Origin: Amoebidium appalachense | Lineage: Eukaryota > Protista > Ichthyosporea | NCBI GenBank assembly: GCA_963693365.1 | Contig: CAVNZM010000016.1 | Span: 3,871,957 to 3,935,956, forward strand | Length of the DNA: 64,000 nt | Direction of reading: 5' to 3' | Notes under the pieces: generated by a model | What the model was told of the DNA's origin: nothing | The model's database searches: none | The model's input: only the letters and a program-made list of their open reading frames with translations | Position numbers and translations under genes: made by a program | Shown here: positions 36,277-64,000 of the stretch, one piece after another | Numbering within the stretch: the first letter of the stretch is position 1 | Layout: each line of letters opens with the position of its first letter

Positions 36277-37269
36277 TTTCAGGTCTTTGCTAAAAGGGAA
36301 AAATGCAGTTTTAGGGTCTTCTTGAACTGCCCTGCAAGGAAAATAAAACAAAAAAAACAGACGACTGACTGCAGACTGAGTGGTTCGTTCGCGGGATCTC
36401 AAAACTATGGACCACTTTGGATCTATAATAGGCCGATCTGTGGAATGCGGCTCTGGAGCCATAGGGCCTTCCCGTGTGCAGACTGCGCAGCCGCGGCGCC
36501 ATGGTTTTCCGTGCGAAACTTACAACACCTACAAGAACTGAAGCGACTCTATCTAACCTACTTTAAGCTAGTATAAGCGCACTTTTAGAGTAGTGAGTAA
36601 TTGTATATGACACAAATAACAACAGTTTAAAATATTGGTTAAACAATCAAAAGCCCCGCACGCACATGCCTGCTCATCAGTAGAGCTGCAGTCTACCTCC
36701 GGAGTCTAGATCTGTGGACGTGGTGGTATGGTGTGTGGTTCAAAGAACTATGGTTAGAAGACGCCGTGACGTGGCCCAGTAGAGTGAAAAAAGTACCTAT
36801 AAGAGCCAAAGGTTATGCAGAGACCACTTTAACCCGGTCACTGCAACTTTTTTTGTGTCATCGACAACAAGCCACTACACCTCAAACCTGTTACCGGAGC
36901 TTGTCCCACTGTACGCCCGTTCTAGAAGGTGCAAACAGTGGGGTTTTGGTGCTACCACTCAGAAGAAGCCAAATAAACATGACTTGGTTGTTCAGGCATA
37001 GGCTCAAGTTTGTCCCACCCCCATCATGCTCAACTTATACATGTCTGCCCATAACCACCCACCTGCCCGCCCCTGACTGCATGGGAAGGCCCGCCCGTAC
37101 TAGTCCCCCCTCTACACAACTAACTTAGGCAACAACACCGGGCCGTAAGAAACACACACACACATACAAACAAAAATACACACAAACACACACACACACA
37201 CGCACACACGCACACACGCACACACACATGTCGTACACACACACACACACACAGACACACACACACACC

Positions 37270-37321
<52 letters not shown>

Positions 37322-37330
37322 ACGAGAGAG

Positions 37331-37387
<57 letters not shown>

Positions 37388-37948
37388 AACACCGTGACAC
37401 ACACACACACATAAACACACAAATAACTACATGTAAAGAAGGCAGCTTGACCTCGCTCACTTCACCACTTCTTACACAGATCTGTTACCTTCTCCAGATC
37501 GACCCCACCTTCCCCAGCCGCCCCACTTAAACCCCACTTTTGCCCGCCAGCCCCCCCCCCCCCCCCCCCCCCCCCTTTCCGAAGTTCCTTATGCCTTCCT
37601 TCCTCCCCCTTCCTCCCTCCCCCCACCACCACCTCCCTCCCTAGGCACCTACAAGAGAGGCGGGGCAACAAGGTGCCCCTGGCGAGGGAGGGAAAGAAGG
37701 GGGGGGGGGGGGGGGGGGGGGAGGGGGGAGGGTCCCGGGAGGGAAGGCTAGGAAGAGGACCGTGAGAGCATAACAACGTACACCTTCACTGACGTCGACA
37801 TACACTCACACCTGAACGCGTGTGTGTGCGCGTGCGCGTGCGCGCGCGCGCGCGCGCACACACACACACACACACACAAACACACACATACAGACAAACA
37901 CGTGACACATACTCTAACACCCACCCACCCACGGGATTGAAACACACA

Positions 37949-37993
<45 letters not shown>

Positions 37994-38058
37994 ACACACA
38001 CAGACAAACACACGACACATACTCTAACAAACACCCACCCACCGGATTGCAACACACA

Positions 38059-38189
<131 letters not shown>

Positions 38190-38308
38190 CACACACACAC
38201 ACACACACACAAGCATATACAGACGCCTAAGTGTACGCGTGCACAAATACACACGCAAACGTGACACAATCACTCACACACACACAAACACACACACACA
38301 CACACTGC

Positions 38309-38420
<112 letters not shown>

Positions 38421-39795
38421 TTAATGTCACACACAGTACACACACATGTGCAATACACACACACACTTACCCTGTGTAACAAACGACACACTGGCACAGT
38501 ATATTAACCGGCCTCTTTTGGTGCAGTGGCGGTTTGCAAACACGCACGGTCCGGGTTAGTGCTAGCCCAAGACAACGTAACGTTAGATATAATTAGCAGC
38601 TTCTGCGCAGATCTTGTGTAGGGAGAGAACAGACGGGTAGATGTACAAAGACTTAGAATAGAAAGAGAGCTGCCGGGTTTGCATTTCTTTTATCCGTGAG
38701 CAAGAGAAAGAAAAAAAAACAGTTAAGTAGCAAGCATCTAATTCGACTTGTTTCATGTTAGTGGCAGTACATAGTAGGCTCGTACCGATACTAGTGCTAC
38801 CTCTGCACACTGCACTGTGCAACAAAACATGTTGCACTCAAATGACCTTTCAAAGTTGGATGCAAGGGATACTTGACGAAACAATATATGCAACAAGTAA
38901 TTTATTACAAAAAGAACAACAGGGTGTCTGTCAGAGTCTGCTGGTTGCGTTGGACGGTGTCGAAAACAGTCATGAGGTGTTTTCGACCGAAACGCCTTCC
39001 CGTTGTCTGTATGTGTATGGCTGACAGGGCATTCCACAAAAAGGTGGACTGAATGATCACGCTGTACGTGTGTATAATGTTCACACGCCATGCCTACTCT
39101 ACCCCCAGAGAGTGTATTTGGCAGAAACGCACCATGCAGGCAGTAAATGTTCAACACCCGTAGTACTTGTGCATATGTTTAACTACGGTGCATGTGTGAT
39201 GCCCTCATGATCACGAATGGCTAAGAAAAACGCCCAACGCAACAAGCCTGCAAACCCCAAAATAACTAAGACGATAGAAATTATCATTTATAATAAAAAG
39301 CATCTGTGTAGCATTTTGAGGAAAAAGCAAATATTGTTACGTAAAGGGGTTTGTCTTGGCGGCCAGAAGTAGCTTCTACGTCGCTGCCAGGCAGCCCGAC
39401 AAACGACGGCCCTATGGCGGCCAACCTCGGGTGTTGGAGCGAAGCAAAAAATTGATCGATTTTTGAATAGTAGATCCAAAGTGGTCCATTCCTGAACGCG
39501 CAGGTGTTCCGAGCAGATAAACCATATATGGCAAATGCTTTTTCTATAACCAAAAATAGGTAATTCTGCCATCCAATCATACGGCGGATTTTGTCTTTAT
39601 GATGAGATGGATCCCCCAATCACTGCGTGCCAAACGCAGTTCTGTGCATACTACACGGAAACGAGAAAACAGTAAAGAGGAACAGAAAGAGGCTCGAGTC
39701 TGCTCGGAGTTGTAGTTTGTAAGCCCTTCACCTTTACAACTCAGAGTAGCAAAGCATAGCATAACGTTGTAAGCGTTCCGAGTATAGTCGTAGCC

Positions 39796-50319
<10,524 letters not shown>

Positions 50320-50627
50320 GACTTAGTATGGTTTTGCTCTTGTATATGAAGGGAAAAGGGGGTTTTGGGGGGGAGGGGGGAGGGGGGGGGGGGGGGGGGA
50401 GGGGGGAGGGGGGGGGGGGGGGGGGGGGGGATAATTGTACACATGCTGCATGTGTGTGCGCAGATGTTTATGCACTTGTAGACATGGGCTTTTGCGACCT
50501 TTAACAATGTACACTGAGCCTGATTTTCTTTCGATTATTTTGATTATTGGTGTCACTGAGACTTATTTGCTTTTTTATCATTTAGTAATCGTGAATTATA
50601 ATGGAGGTAGAACCGCATACACGTGAC

Positions 50628-50659
<32 letters not shown>

Positions 50660-50668
<9 letters not shown>

Positions 50669-51008
50669 ATGTATGTGTAGGACCACGTGCTGTGTGCGCG
50701 TGTGAGGGACTCCTTGTGAAGCCATGCATTGGAAGATATCATTGTAGCCAAAAATGTGACTTTGGCCTTTTAAGGCCCATTAAATCTTGACTTTTTCCAA
50801 CCTCTCACATGACTTCACAACTTCGGTACCGAAGTTGTGTGTGTGTGTGACGGTGCATGATGTGTAGGACCACGTGATGTGTGCGCGTGTGAGGGACTCC
50901 TTGTGAGGCCATGCATTGGAAGATTGTAGCCAGGAATGTGACTTTGGCCTTTTAAGGCCCATTAAATTTTGACTTTTTCCAACCTCTCACATGACTTCAC
51001 AACTTCGG
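50660..51008. repeat. ~180-bp tandem duplication
   Basis: ATGTGTAGGACCACGTG...CATGACTTCACAACTTCGGT occurs at ~50673-50828 and ~50860-51008. Confidence 0.85.
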
Positions 51009-51385
51009 TTCCTTGGATTATGTTAGCCTTAACGGAATGCGATTCTGAAAAGTTCATGCTGTATACAGTACTGTAACACATTCCTAATATGCTTATTCTA
51101 ATGGAAGTGAGAATGAATACAGATAATCATAAATAAATAAAACCATTCAGGGAAACACGGGGGAAAAGAGAGCCTATATTCCAGGGTAATAATTTTATTT
51201 AGCATGTCCTGTGATTTGATCGATTTTCTAGCATCCGTGAAGGTTATAATACATGTTGTACATGTGCCACACACACAGACACAGTGTCACACCCACGTGT
51301 ATACGTTCACGCTCCTTGACATGAATGCCATAGTAGTATAGTGCCCCGTGCAACACAGCGCAACACACAAATCCCTGAGTCATAG

Positions 51386-51425
<40 letters not shown>

Positions 51426-51627
51426 CTGTGTACACGTGTAATGCTGCTGTTCCGGCAGTGCCCGCCCCCCCCCCCCCCCCCCCCCCCGCCCCCTCGCTCC
51501 CCCCCCCCCCCCCCCTCCCCCCCCCCAGATCCCCTCTCTTCTGTGTGTGTGCCTAGGTGTGTTTGTCCGTCTTCCCCTCCCTCGTTGGTTTCTCTTCTCA
51601 TTTCTCACTCCCTCACACCGTCAAACA

Positions 51628-51673
<46 letters not shown>

Positions 51674-52059
51674 ACATGAAAACATGCACACACACACGCA
51701 CACGCACACAATGTACACAAATGCACACACACATCATGACGCACACACACACACAATAGTGCTCTCCCTCTCTTTCTCTCTCCGTCTCTCCGTGTCTCTC
51801 CCTCTCTCTCTCTCCCACCCACCCATCTCTCTCTCCCTCCCTCTAGATCGAGATCTAGATCTAGTGTTTCACAGCACTCTCTCTCCCCCCCTCCCTCCCT
51901 CCCTACCTCCCTCACTCCCGGCCTCCCTCCCTCCCTCTCTCCCTCCCTCCCTCCCTCCCTCCCTCCCTCCCTCCCTCCCTCCCCCTCCCTCCCTCCCTCT
52001 GTGCCCTCTCTAGATCTCTCTCTCTAGATCTCTCTCACACTCTCCCTCCCTCCCTCCCT

Positions 52060-52180
<121 letters not shown>

Positions 52181-53033
52181 CTCCAAGGCTCTCTCCTCAA
52201 GACTACTTCTCCTTCTCTCTCTCGTGACCTTCCCTTTGAACTCTTTCTCTCTCAGATCTCTCTCTCTCTCTCCCCCCCCCCCCCCCCCCCCCCCCTCCCT
52301 CCCTCCCTCCCTCCCTCCCTCCCTCCCTCCGTCCCTCCCTCCCCCCCCCCCTCTCTCTCCCCCCCCCCCCCCCCCCCCCCCCCCTCCCCACACACACACA
52401 CAACACACACACGAGACTGTCAGTCTGTCTTTCGCTCTCAGTTTCGCCTCTCCTTCATCCTTGGTGGGCTTTCAAGCCGTGAATGAATCATCCGATCGGG
52501 CTGGCCCTAACCAGGGAAATCAGCCACGCCCGGGATACCGTTTCCACCTTTCAACAGCCAGGGATAGCTTTAAAAGCAAGAGCCCAACCATGCACAGTAC
52601 CTTGCAAACTGCGTGCACACACTTTCACACACACACATGCTCACACAAATCACGTGAAGCCTAGAAAAGCCCCTGGGCCCACGTACACAGATCTTGGACT
52701 ACTGTAGCTTATGATCTCACGTACACAGTACATTCCTGAGCGCTGCGCGCTTGCAGGGTGTGAAATGCTTTGGGATCACCTGGATGTACACATAAGAGCC
52801 ACAGCCTCTCCACTTTCACCAGCCCTAAACAGGGCCACCAGCCTTTTTAGGTGGGGGTTTTTAAAAAAGCAATATTTACAGGAAAGCACTATAGTGTTAA
52901 CACTTTTCAACTTTTCGCGCTAAGCCTTTGTGCATGTGTGCCACGTGTGGACATTATGAAACCCGGCCTCCGGCACTGGCACTGCCTCCGGCTCGGGGGC
53001 CGGGCCCCGGATGATTTCACAGCCTGCATCAAA

Positions 53034-53269
53034 GCAGATCCACATTTTTGGGGTTGTTTGAATTAATATCAAGCATCAGCCTCACTACGAAACCCCATGG
53101 AAAATGGACTTATGGTCGTGTTGATAAAAGCCTATTATTAGATGGTTTTTTGCAGATCCACATTTTTGGGGTTGTTTGAATTAATATCAGGCATCAGCCT
53201 CACTACGAAACCCCATGGAAAATGGACTTATGGTCGTGTTGATAAAAGCCTATTGTTAGATGGTTTTTT
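53034..53269. repeat. 118-bp tandem duplication
   Basis: GCAGATCCACATTTTTGGGG...TTAGATGGTTTTTT starts at 53034 and at 53152, with two substitutions visible. Confidence 0.9.
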
Positions 53270-53615
53270 CGCGTCTCTATAGTATTATTTTTATTTTTAT
53301 TTTTACACTCACCGTGCTGGCAGTCTGGAGGTAGTTGTAGCCTGACAATCAATACACGTCACGGTACGTGATGTGACTAAAATTCCTAATAAGCTCAATA
53401 TCCAATAAGAACATTTCTTATCACCTAAATATGGTAAGTAATGATCTCCTGCACAAGTACGGGCAGCACCCATTGAATGGATAAACCAATCGGAATAGAG
53501 AAAGGATAACGGCATTTGTTACTTTTGAACGCGGCTTTCCAAATACGTGATTTTTGGATCAGGATACACCAATGATAGGCTATTCTGTAAACGAAACCGG
53601 GGGCACCTGCGCATG

Positions 53616-53897
53616 CAGGGATGCACCAAAAGTTTCACGGGCCGGTCCCGGTCGGGTTTCAATATTGTCGGGTCGGGTACGGTCGGTCACGAAAACTCAA
53701 AACATGGTTATGTGGGTGTGTCTTTCAATTGTGTGCGTGTGTGTGTGTGCGTGCACGTGTGTGAGTGTGTGCGTGTGTGCAACGGTTAACGTTGTCATGT
53801 GTGTGTGTGCGCCACTCGCTGTGACGTCACGGTGTGACTGTGTGTGTGTGTGTGTGTGCGTGCCATGGTGTGTGCCAGTCAGTGTGTGTCGTAGGCC

Positions 53898-53952
<55 letters not shown>

Positions 53953-53964
53953 GTACAGTCTAAG

Positions 53965-54044
<80 letters not shown>

Positions 54045-54081
54045 GGAAGAGAGAGAGAGAGAGAGAGATCTATCTAGAGGG

Positions 54082-54126
<45 letters not shown>

Positions 54127-54248
54127 AGGGAGGGAGGGAGACAGTATGTGTGTACATGTGTGTGTGCGTGTCTGTGTGTTTCTTGTGCAGGAAACACAAG
54201 GAAATTTAAAACGCACAACTCTATTATTTGAAATATATTACCCCACCT

Positions 54249-54293
<45 letters not shown>

Positions 54294-54464
54294 AGGCCCC
54301 CGCCCGGTGACCCCCGCCGGGTTTTGGCCCTGGGCCGGGTCGGTCACGGGCCGACTTGGTCGGGTATCTATAGCTCCCGGGTATCGGCCAAAATGGGCTC
54401 GGTCGACCGACCGTCCGGTGACCAGTCGGTCCCGGGTCGGGCCGACCGACCGGATGCATCCCTG
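53616..54464. mobile_element. Non-autonomous hAT-like DNA transposon (MITE)
   Basis: 10-bp terminal inverted repeats CAGGGATGCA (53616-53625) and TGCATCCCTG (54455-54464), dense subterminal GGTCG/CGACC repeats at both ends, and a microsatellite-filled non-coding interior. Confidence 0.6.
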
Positions 54465-54986
54465 AGCACCTGCCCAATGGCATGCATCTTTAACATTTCT
54501 CTCAGGTAGAAAGCAAAAAGAGGAAAGAAATCTCCATCGATAAATGCACACAAACCCGTGAAAGCTATTGTTTTTTCTTACATTTGAGATTTATTCTGTC
54601 ATCAGTATATTCTTCCCGCATCTGCCAAGGGAAGTTTTTGTAGCGGCTTTATGGGTTCACAAACTTTCACACTCTTGATTTTTGCTCTTGAACCTAAGGC
54701 TGAAGAACCAATCAGATACTGGCAAAATGGACCGTGCGCCACCGCTTCCCGAACCAGTCATCTGGCTCGTTGCCTGAACAGACCTACAGCTTCGCACGCA
54801 CTTCACGACCCTTATTTTCCTCTACCCAGCTACCCTCGTCAAAAACAAATGCATGACATAAAGAGTTATTTTTGCCCAGTATGACATATTAATTGCTTTA
54901 ATTGGTTAGTTTATTTTATAGAGTTGAATTTACTCTTGTAATTGGCTTAGCTACAGTGTTTACTTTAGGTCCAAAGGGGGTTTTAA

Positions 54987-55078
54987 TGACGTGGCACGCG
55001 CAGCAAAGACGTCATTACAATCAGTAGGCACGCATTCCCCGTCGCTACGGGACGGGGGGATGGGGAAAAGGTATATAA
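54987..55078 (+). promoter_or_regulatory. Promoter of the bZIP gene: CRE/UPRE-like sites plus TATA box
   Basis: TGACGTGG at 54987-54994, GACGTCAT at 55008-55015 and TATATAA at 55072-55078, upstream of a non-coding first exon ending AAG|GTACGT at 55358. Confidence 0.5.
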
Positions 55079-55727
55079 GCTGCTACCCTTTGTTGGGAGA
55101 AAAGTTTCATTTCAATCTGTTTCGCATGCAACGAAAACAGGAAGAAACGGGAGCTGGGTACTTTTTCAGTTTGTTTGGGCTCAGCATTGATTGATTGTTT
55201 TGACACAGAGACAAGTCGTTTGAAGTTGAATCATGATAATCGTTCAATAAACAAAATTCACTCCATTCTTTCTCGTTTACTGTGAAACTCGTACAGTCTA
55301 GAGTTCAGAGTTTCCACACAAAAACTTGTGGACAACAGAATAACTCCTCTGAAGAAAGGTACGTTGATCTGTCTTGTGGGCACTTTCCTTCTCGCAGTCC
55401 ACCTGACTTTTGCAACATGTGCACTGAAGCGTGTGGGGGCTTGTCATGAGCTATTCACGGTTTGCATGCATATCCATGCCCCTTGAAGACGGACAACGAA
55501 CAGGCCATGTGAGGATTTCTCATGGTGCATCATGGCATCAGATTTCTTTACCTGTTTTTCTCTCTCTCTCTTCCCCCCTCTCATTTGCTTTTCGTTATTC
55601 CCTTTTTTTGTGTGTGCGCGCGCACGACACAAGGTGTTTTTGTGCATGTGGGCGGATGTGCGGGTGTGCGGGTGTGTGTGTGTGTGTGACGTGTTGTGTA
55701 CGTGTGTGCATGGGTGCGCGTGTACAT

Positions 55728-55824
<97 letters not shown>

Positions 55825-55842
55825 ACGGTGTGTGTGTGTATG

Positions 55843-55889
<47 letters not shown>

Positions 55890-56078
55890 ACGGTGCTCGT
55901 GTGTATGTGCGTGTGTGTGCATGTGTGTATGTGTGTGTGTGTGGTGTGTGTGTGGACATGATAACGTCTCAAACTAATCACCCTTTCTTTTATTTTCCAT
56001 ACACAGGTTTTGGAATTCCCCAACGTGTCTGATCTCAATTTTAAGGCAGAACACACTCAACGTTTTGCGCCATCCACT

Positions 56079-59588
<3,510 letters not shown>

Positions 59589-60485
59589 GTATTCAATGGC
59601 CTTTTTTTAGTGTGGCAATTGCCTTTTGTAGGTGTGGCAATGGCGCTTTTCAGTTTTAAAGGTTGTCTTTTTTTTTTTTTTTTGTTATATATTTGGGTTG
59701 ATAGGGGACAAGCACACGTACACGTGAACAAAGTCATGTCAAATCACGGTAGTCAGTTACGCACCCACCCACACACACCGTGACTGTAGCATGTATGTTT
59801 TACAGTTGTTTTTTTTTAAAAAAGAACGTTTTTTCTTCTTCTTTTTTTCTTTTTAAAAAAAAAACAAAATTCAAGACACACGTGTACACACACATCCATA
59901 CGAATAGAGAGCTAGGCAGACACATAACGTTTACAGCAAGTACACATGCTGACCGCACACCGTCACATATACAGTTTTTTTTATGCAATTGGTTTGTATG
60001 GATCTGAAAAAAACAAAAAAAAAAAAGTCCTTTTTTCCCGTTGTGTTAATCCGGTAGATTTCAGTTGGTGTTTAGTTTTTAGGCCGAGGGATGGCATTCA
60101 CGGTAGAGCCTAATTCGACTATGCCGCACCCGGCATCGTAGTCTTATTTTTAACTTTAAGAAACGTTGGTTTTTATTGTTTTAATCTTTCCCCCAATGAT
60201 TTTAGACGATGGTGTTTTAGTACATAGAGGAAAGGGGGGTTTCGGATATTGCGTATTTCCTGGTGCGGTGATATGGTGGTATGTAGGTACAGCTAGTACA
60301 GTGTCACAGCAAATGTGTCTATTCTTTTTATTTTTTATTTTTTATTTTTTTTTTTTTTTTAGTTGGATGTATTTAATCGAGGACCGAATTCTTGAGAATT
60401 GATGGTGTTGCCGGCGGAAAATGCCGAGTTTTTGACATTTGCAATCTACTGAAATTCACCCAAAACTGACCGTAGTAGCAGCAGC

Positions 60486-60528
<43 letters not shown>

Positions 60529-60949
60529 CCCCTCCACACACACACACACACACTTACCACCACCACCACCCACCATTAACCACCCACCCACGGTGAACCA
60601 CCTACCCACTCGCCCCACACACCGTACATACACACGCACGTATACACATAACAAATTGAACAATAAAACCTTTCCCAAACAAAAACAAAAACTAAAATCA
60701 AAATCTTTTTAAAAGGGATAAAAGCATGTGCACACCTTTTCCGAAGGCCAGCAGAAGGAGTGCCCAAGTGTTGGCTTGGGATTTCATCTCCACCGTCCGG
60801 GTGGGTGGGTGGGTGAAGGGATGTGGGTGGGGTGGGGTGGTGGTGGTGGTGGTGGTGGTGGGGGGGGGGGGGGGGGGGGGGGGTTTGGTGAACTGTTACC
60901 AGGCAGAGAGAAACGGGCCGAACAAAGTACAAGGCATATGTTGCGAAAT

Positions 60950-61008
<59 letters not shown>

Positions 61009-62004
61009 AAAAAAAAAACATACCCGGACCCCACCCTCCCGGAAGCGAATAACACGAAAATAACTCCCGATGTAGCCAATCTTGCTCTGCATTGCACTAT
61101 GTATATGATAGTGGTGCTTATGGGAAGAGTCGTGCATTTTGATTTAGCGATAATATGAAAAACGGTGGTGTATGTTCAATGCCATGTCGACGTCTAATGC
61201 ATACTGCTGTTTTCAGGACGGTTGCAACACACAAGCTTTAGGCGATGCATGTATACATTGGACTCAGAAACAAAAAGTATACATTTTAAATTTAGACACG
61301 GCCTAATTACATGTGTACATTGCTTGCACATGTTGGGGTCAAACTGGAAGCCGAGAAAATGACGATAGCATGCATACACACGGAAAGGCATACAGGACTC
61401 CACCTCTTTTTTCCCAGTTTTTAATGCATTTATTGCCTATAAAGAACCGAGGCATCGCGGTAGTATGTCAATGACAAACACCACAATATATGTGATAGTG
61501 ATCTTACGCTACCTTGTGGGCGGTATCTCGTCTAGCTAAACACACAAAGCATTATAACACTTGCATCAAAAAAAAAGAAAAGATTAGACACGTACACCAC
61601 AAAGCACACCCTCGCTGCCTGTATTGGTGTGCAGATCAACCAATCAACATCGACATACGGAGTCACTGGTCACCACACCTTTTAATCAAGGACTGCTAAC
61701 ACCGGCTAAGCCTACATTTACTCTACATTGTTCACGAACATAAAGGCTTGCTAAATTATTTCTCATGCAAATATCAACAACTAAGTTACCCCCCTCAGGC
61801 GGGGAAACAACAAAAAAACAACAACCAACCAAACAAAAAAACAAAAAACGCACACATGCCTATACCCATAATCCGATGTGCGGATTATTACAACCCCTAC
61901 GCTAAATGGGGGCCTAGGCCGAGAATGCACACACACACACACACCTTTGTATGGATGCGTGCATGTGTGTGTGTGTGTGTGTGCATGTGCACGTGTATGT
62001 TTAA

Positions 62005-62557
62005 TTACTGAAGATCAGCCCCCGTGAGCACCTTGAAAGCTTCCACATACTTCTCCAGTGTTCTCTCGACCACGTCAGCAGGCAGGGTCACAGGATGGGT
62101 CTTGTCAAAGTTGATGCTCTCGAGCCAGTCACGCACATACTGTACGTGTGTGTGTATGCGTGTACGTGTGTGTGTGTGTGTGTGTGTGTTTGTGTGTGTT
62201 TGTGTGTGCGTGCGTGCGTGTGTTTGTGTGTGTGGATAGGTGGGGAGGGGGGGGGGTGCGTGTGAGGGCGAGGGGGAAAGGGGGGGCGAGGAATTTGGTG
62301 GAGGTGTGGAGGCGTGGAGGTGCGTGTGTGTTGTGTTGTGGGGGGAGGGATGTGAGGATAGGCGTGTTGGTATAAGTAGTACGAGTGTTGGTGTGGTTTG
62401 CTTTAGCAGACGTGTATAAGTGTTGATGTGATTATGATTAAATGTGATGCACATGATCATATAGGGGGGTACGTTGAATGGAATATGAAAATAAGCAACA
62501 CAGCAATAGAGAAGAAACCGAGGAGAGAGCGCGAAGAGAGAGAGGGAGAGGATGGCG

Positions 62558-62594
<37 letters not shown>

Positions 62595-62604
62595 GGAAGG
62601 GTGG

Positions 62605-62641
<37 letters not shown>

Positions 62642-62691
62642 GGGGGAGAAAGCGAGAGGTGGAGAGAGACGGAGAGTGAGAGAGTGGGGGG

Positions 62692-62727
<36 letters not shown>

Positions 62728-63011
62728 GGGTGGGGGGGGGGGGGGGGGGGGGAAGCAACAGCAAGAGAGGGAGAGAAAGAGAGAGAGCGAGAGGGAGAGC
62801 GAGAGAGAGAGAGAGGGGGGGGGGGGGGGGGGGGGGGGGGGGATGGCGTGAATGTGTGTGTTGTGGGTGTAGAAAAAATGTAAAGGTATCCACGGTCAAA
62901 ACTTCCAGGATTGACCCAGAGTTTTGAGCAAACATAGCCCAAAACGAAAAACTACAAAACAAAAACACTAAGAGAGAGAGAAGGAGGGAGGGAGAGAGAG
63001 AGGGTGTGTGT

Positions 63012-63056
<45 letters not shown>

Positions 63057-63534
63057 GAGAGAGAGGGAGGGAGGGAGGGAGAGAGAGGGAGGGAAGGGGG
63101 CGGGGGTGGGGGGGGGGGGAGAGGGAGGGGAGGGAGGGGAGGGAGAGGGAGGGAGGGGGAGAGGGAGGGAGGGAGGGAGGGGGGGGGGGGGGGGGGGGAG
63201 GGGAGAGAGGGAGGGAGGGAGGGAGGGAGAGAGAGAGGGAGAGAGAGAGAGAGGGAGGGAGGGAGGGAGAGAGAGGGAGGGAAGGGGGCGGGGGGGGGGG
63301 GGGGGGGAGGGAAAGGGGAGGGAGGGGGAGAGGGAGGGAGGGAGGGAGGGAGGGAGGGAGGGGGAGGGGGAGAAAAAGAGGGAGGGGGAGAGAGACAGAA
63401 AATCCAAAGGAAACGAAAGAAATATTGCACTCTGCGCACCTGCTTGTCGTAGCTGTTTTGGTTCTTGCCCGGGGCATATTCGTCGGCAGGCCAGAAACGG
63501 CTGCTGTCGGGGGTGAGTGCCTCGTCTCCAAGCA
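62005..63534 (-). CDS. ADE1: SAICAR synthetase (phosphoribosylaminoimidazole-succinocarboxamide synthase), last two exons; gene starts beyond the window
   Basis: Exons 63534-63440 ([31 protein letters not shown]) and 62139-62005 ([13 protein letters not shown]...[22 protein letters not shown]). DE[10 protein letters not shown] and SYDKQYVRDWL are Ade1/PurC signatures. Confidence 0.93.
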
Positions 63535-63913
63535 CTGTACGTGTGTGTGTGTACGTGTGTGTGTGTGTACGTGCGTGTGTAGATGTGCGAACGTGAATAT
63601 GTGTTTGTGCGTGTACTGTATTCGTGCGCGCACGGTGTGTGTGGACATGGTTGGGTGTATATCGGCGAAAGCATGTCAGTCTTGTGCAAATGTTTTCGTT
63701 TCTTGTGCACACAAACCAGACAGAATGGGGCAACCAGGAGGACACAGAGAATGTGTGCTGTTAGGGGGTACGTGGGTACAGGTAGAAAAAGGCAAATAGG
63801 ACGAGATTTTTGCACCTTTACAAACACACACACACAAATTGAGAGAGCCTGAAAAGAAAAACATTGTGTGCGCAAACCCACCCACCCATCCACCCACCCA
63901 CACGGGGCGCGCG

Positions 63914-63956
<43 letters not shown>

Positions 63957-64000
63957 ACAGTGCAGCACAAGGCTAGGTTTCTCGCAGTTTCTGTGTATGG

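Noticed and set aside
39284-39619. 111-aa and 94-aa minus-strand ORFs upstream of CobW
   Set aside because: No recognisable motifs; they lie in the presumptive promoter and are probably chance ORFs.

Overview
Eukaryotic genomic DNA, probably from a unicellular opisthokont (inferred from gene content, not proven). Introns are packed with poly-C/poly-G, (CA)n/(GT)n and (CT)n tracts, which generate nearly all of the supplied ORFs as artefacts. Manual splicing recovers seven genes: (1) an 18-exon BAH + C2H2 zinc-finger + Pro-rich protein (- strand, 18045-162); (2) EIF1AD (+); (3) an FMN-dependent alpha-hydroxy-acid dehydrogenase of the Cyb2/HAO family with an unusual N-terminal domain (-); (4) a small Cys-rich, Stc1-like zinc-finger protein (-); (5) an ~809-aa fusion of a beta-grasp-like domain, a CobW/COG0523 GTPase, a His-rich linker, CobW_C, an F-box-like motif, a MATH-like domain and a CGCC tail (+); (6) an atypical bZIP factor with uORFs and a frame discontinuity (+); (7) the 3' end of SAICAR synthetase (-). 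Top candidates for new biology: the CobW-F-box fusion (a possible metal-sensing SCF adaptor), and a family of structured, poly(C)-tailed, 5'-truncated interspersed elements (11 copies) whose 10 intronic copies all lie sense to the host gene. Also notable are recurrent duplicated exon edges inside introns, frequent GC-AG introns, a hAT-like MITE and a 19-bp inverted repeat. All gene models and domain calls were made by eye, without database searches.
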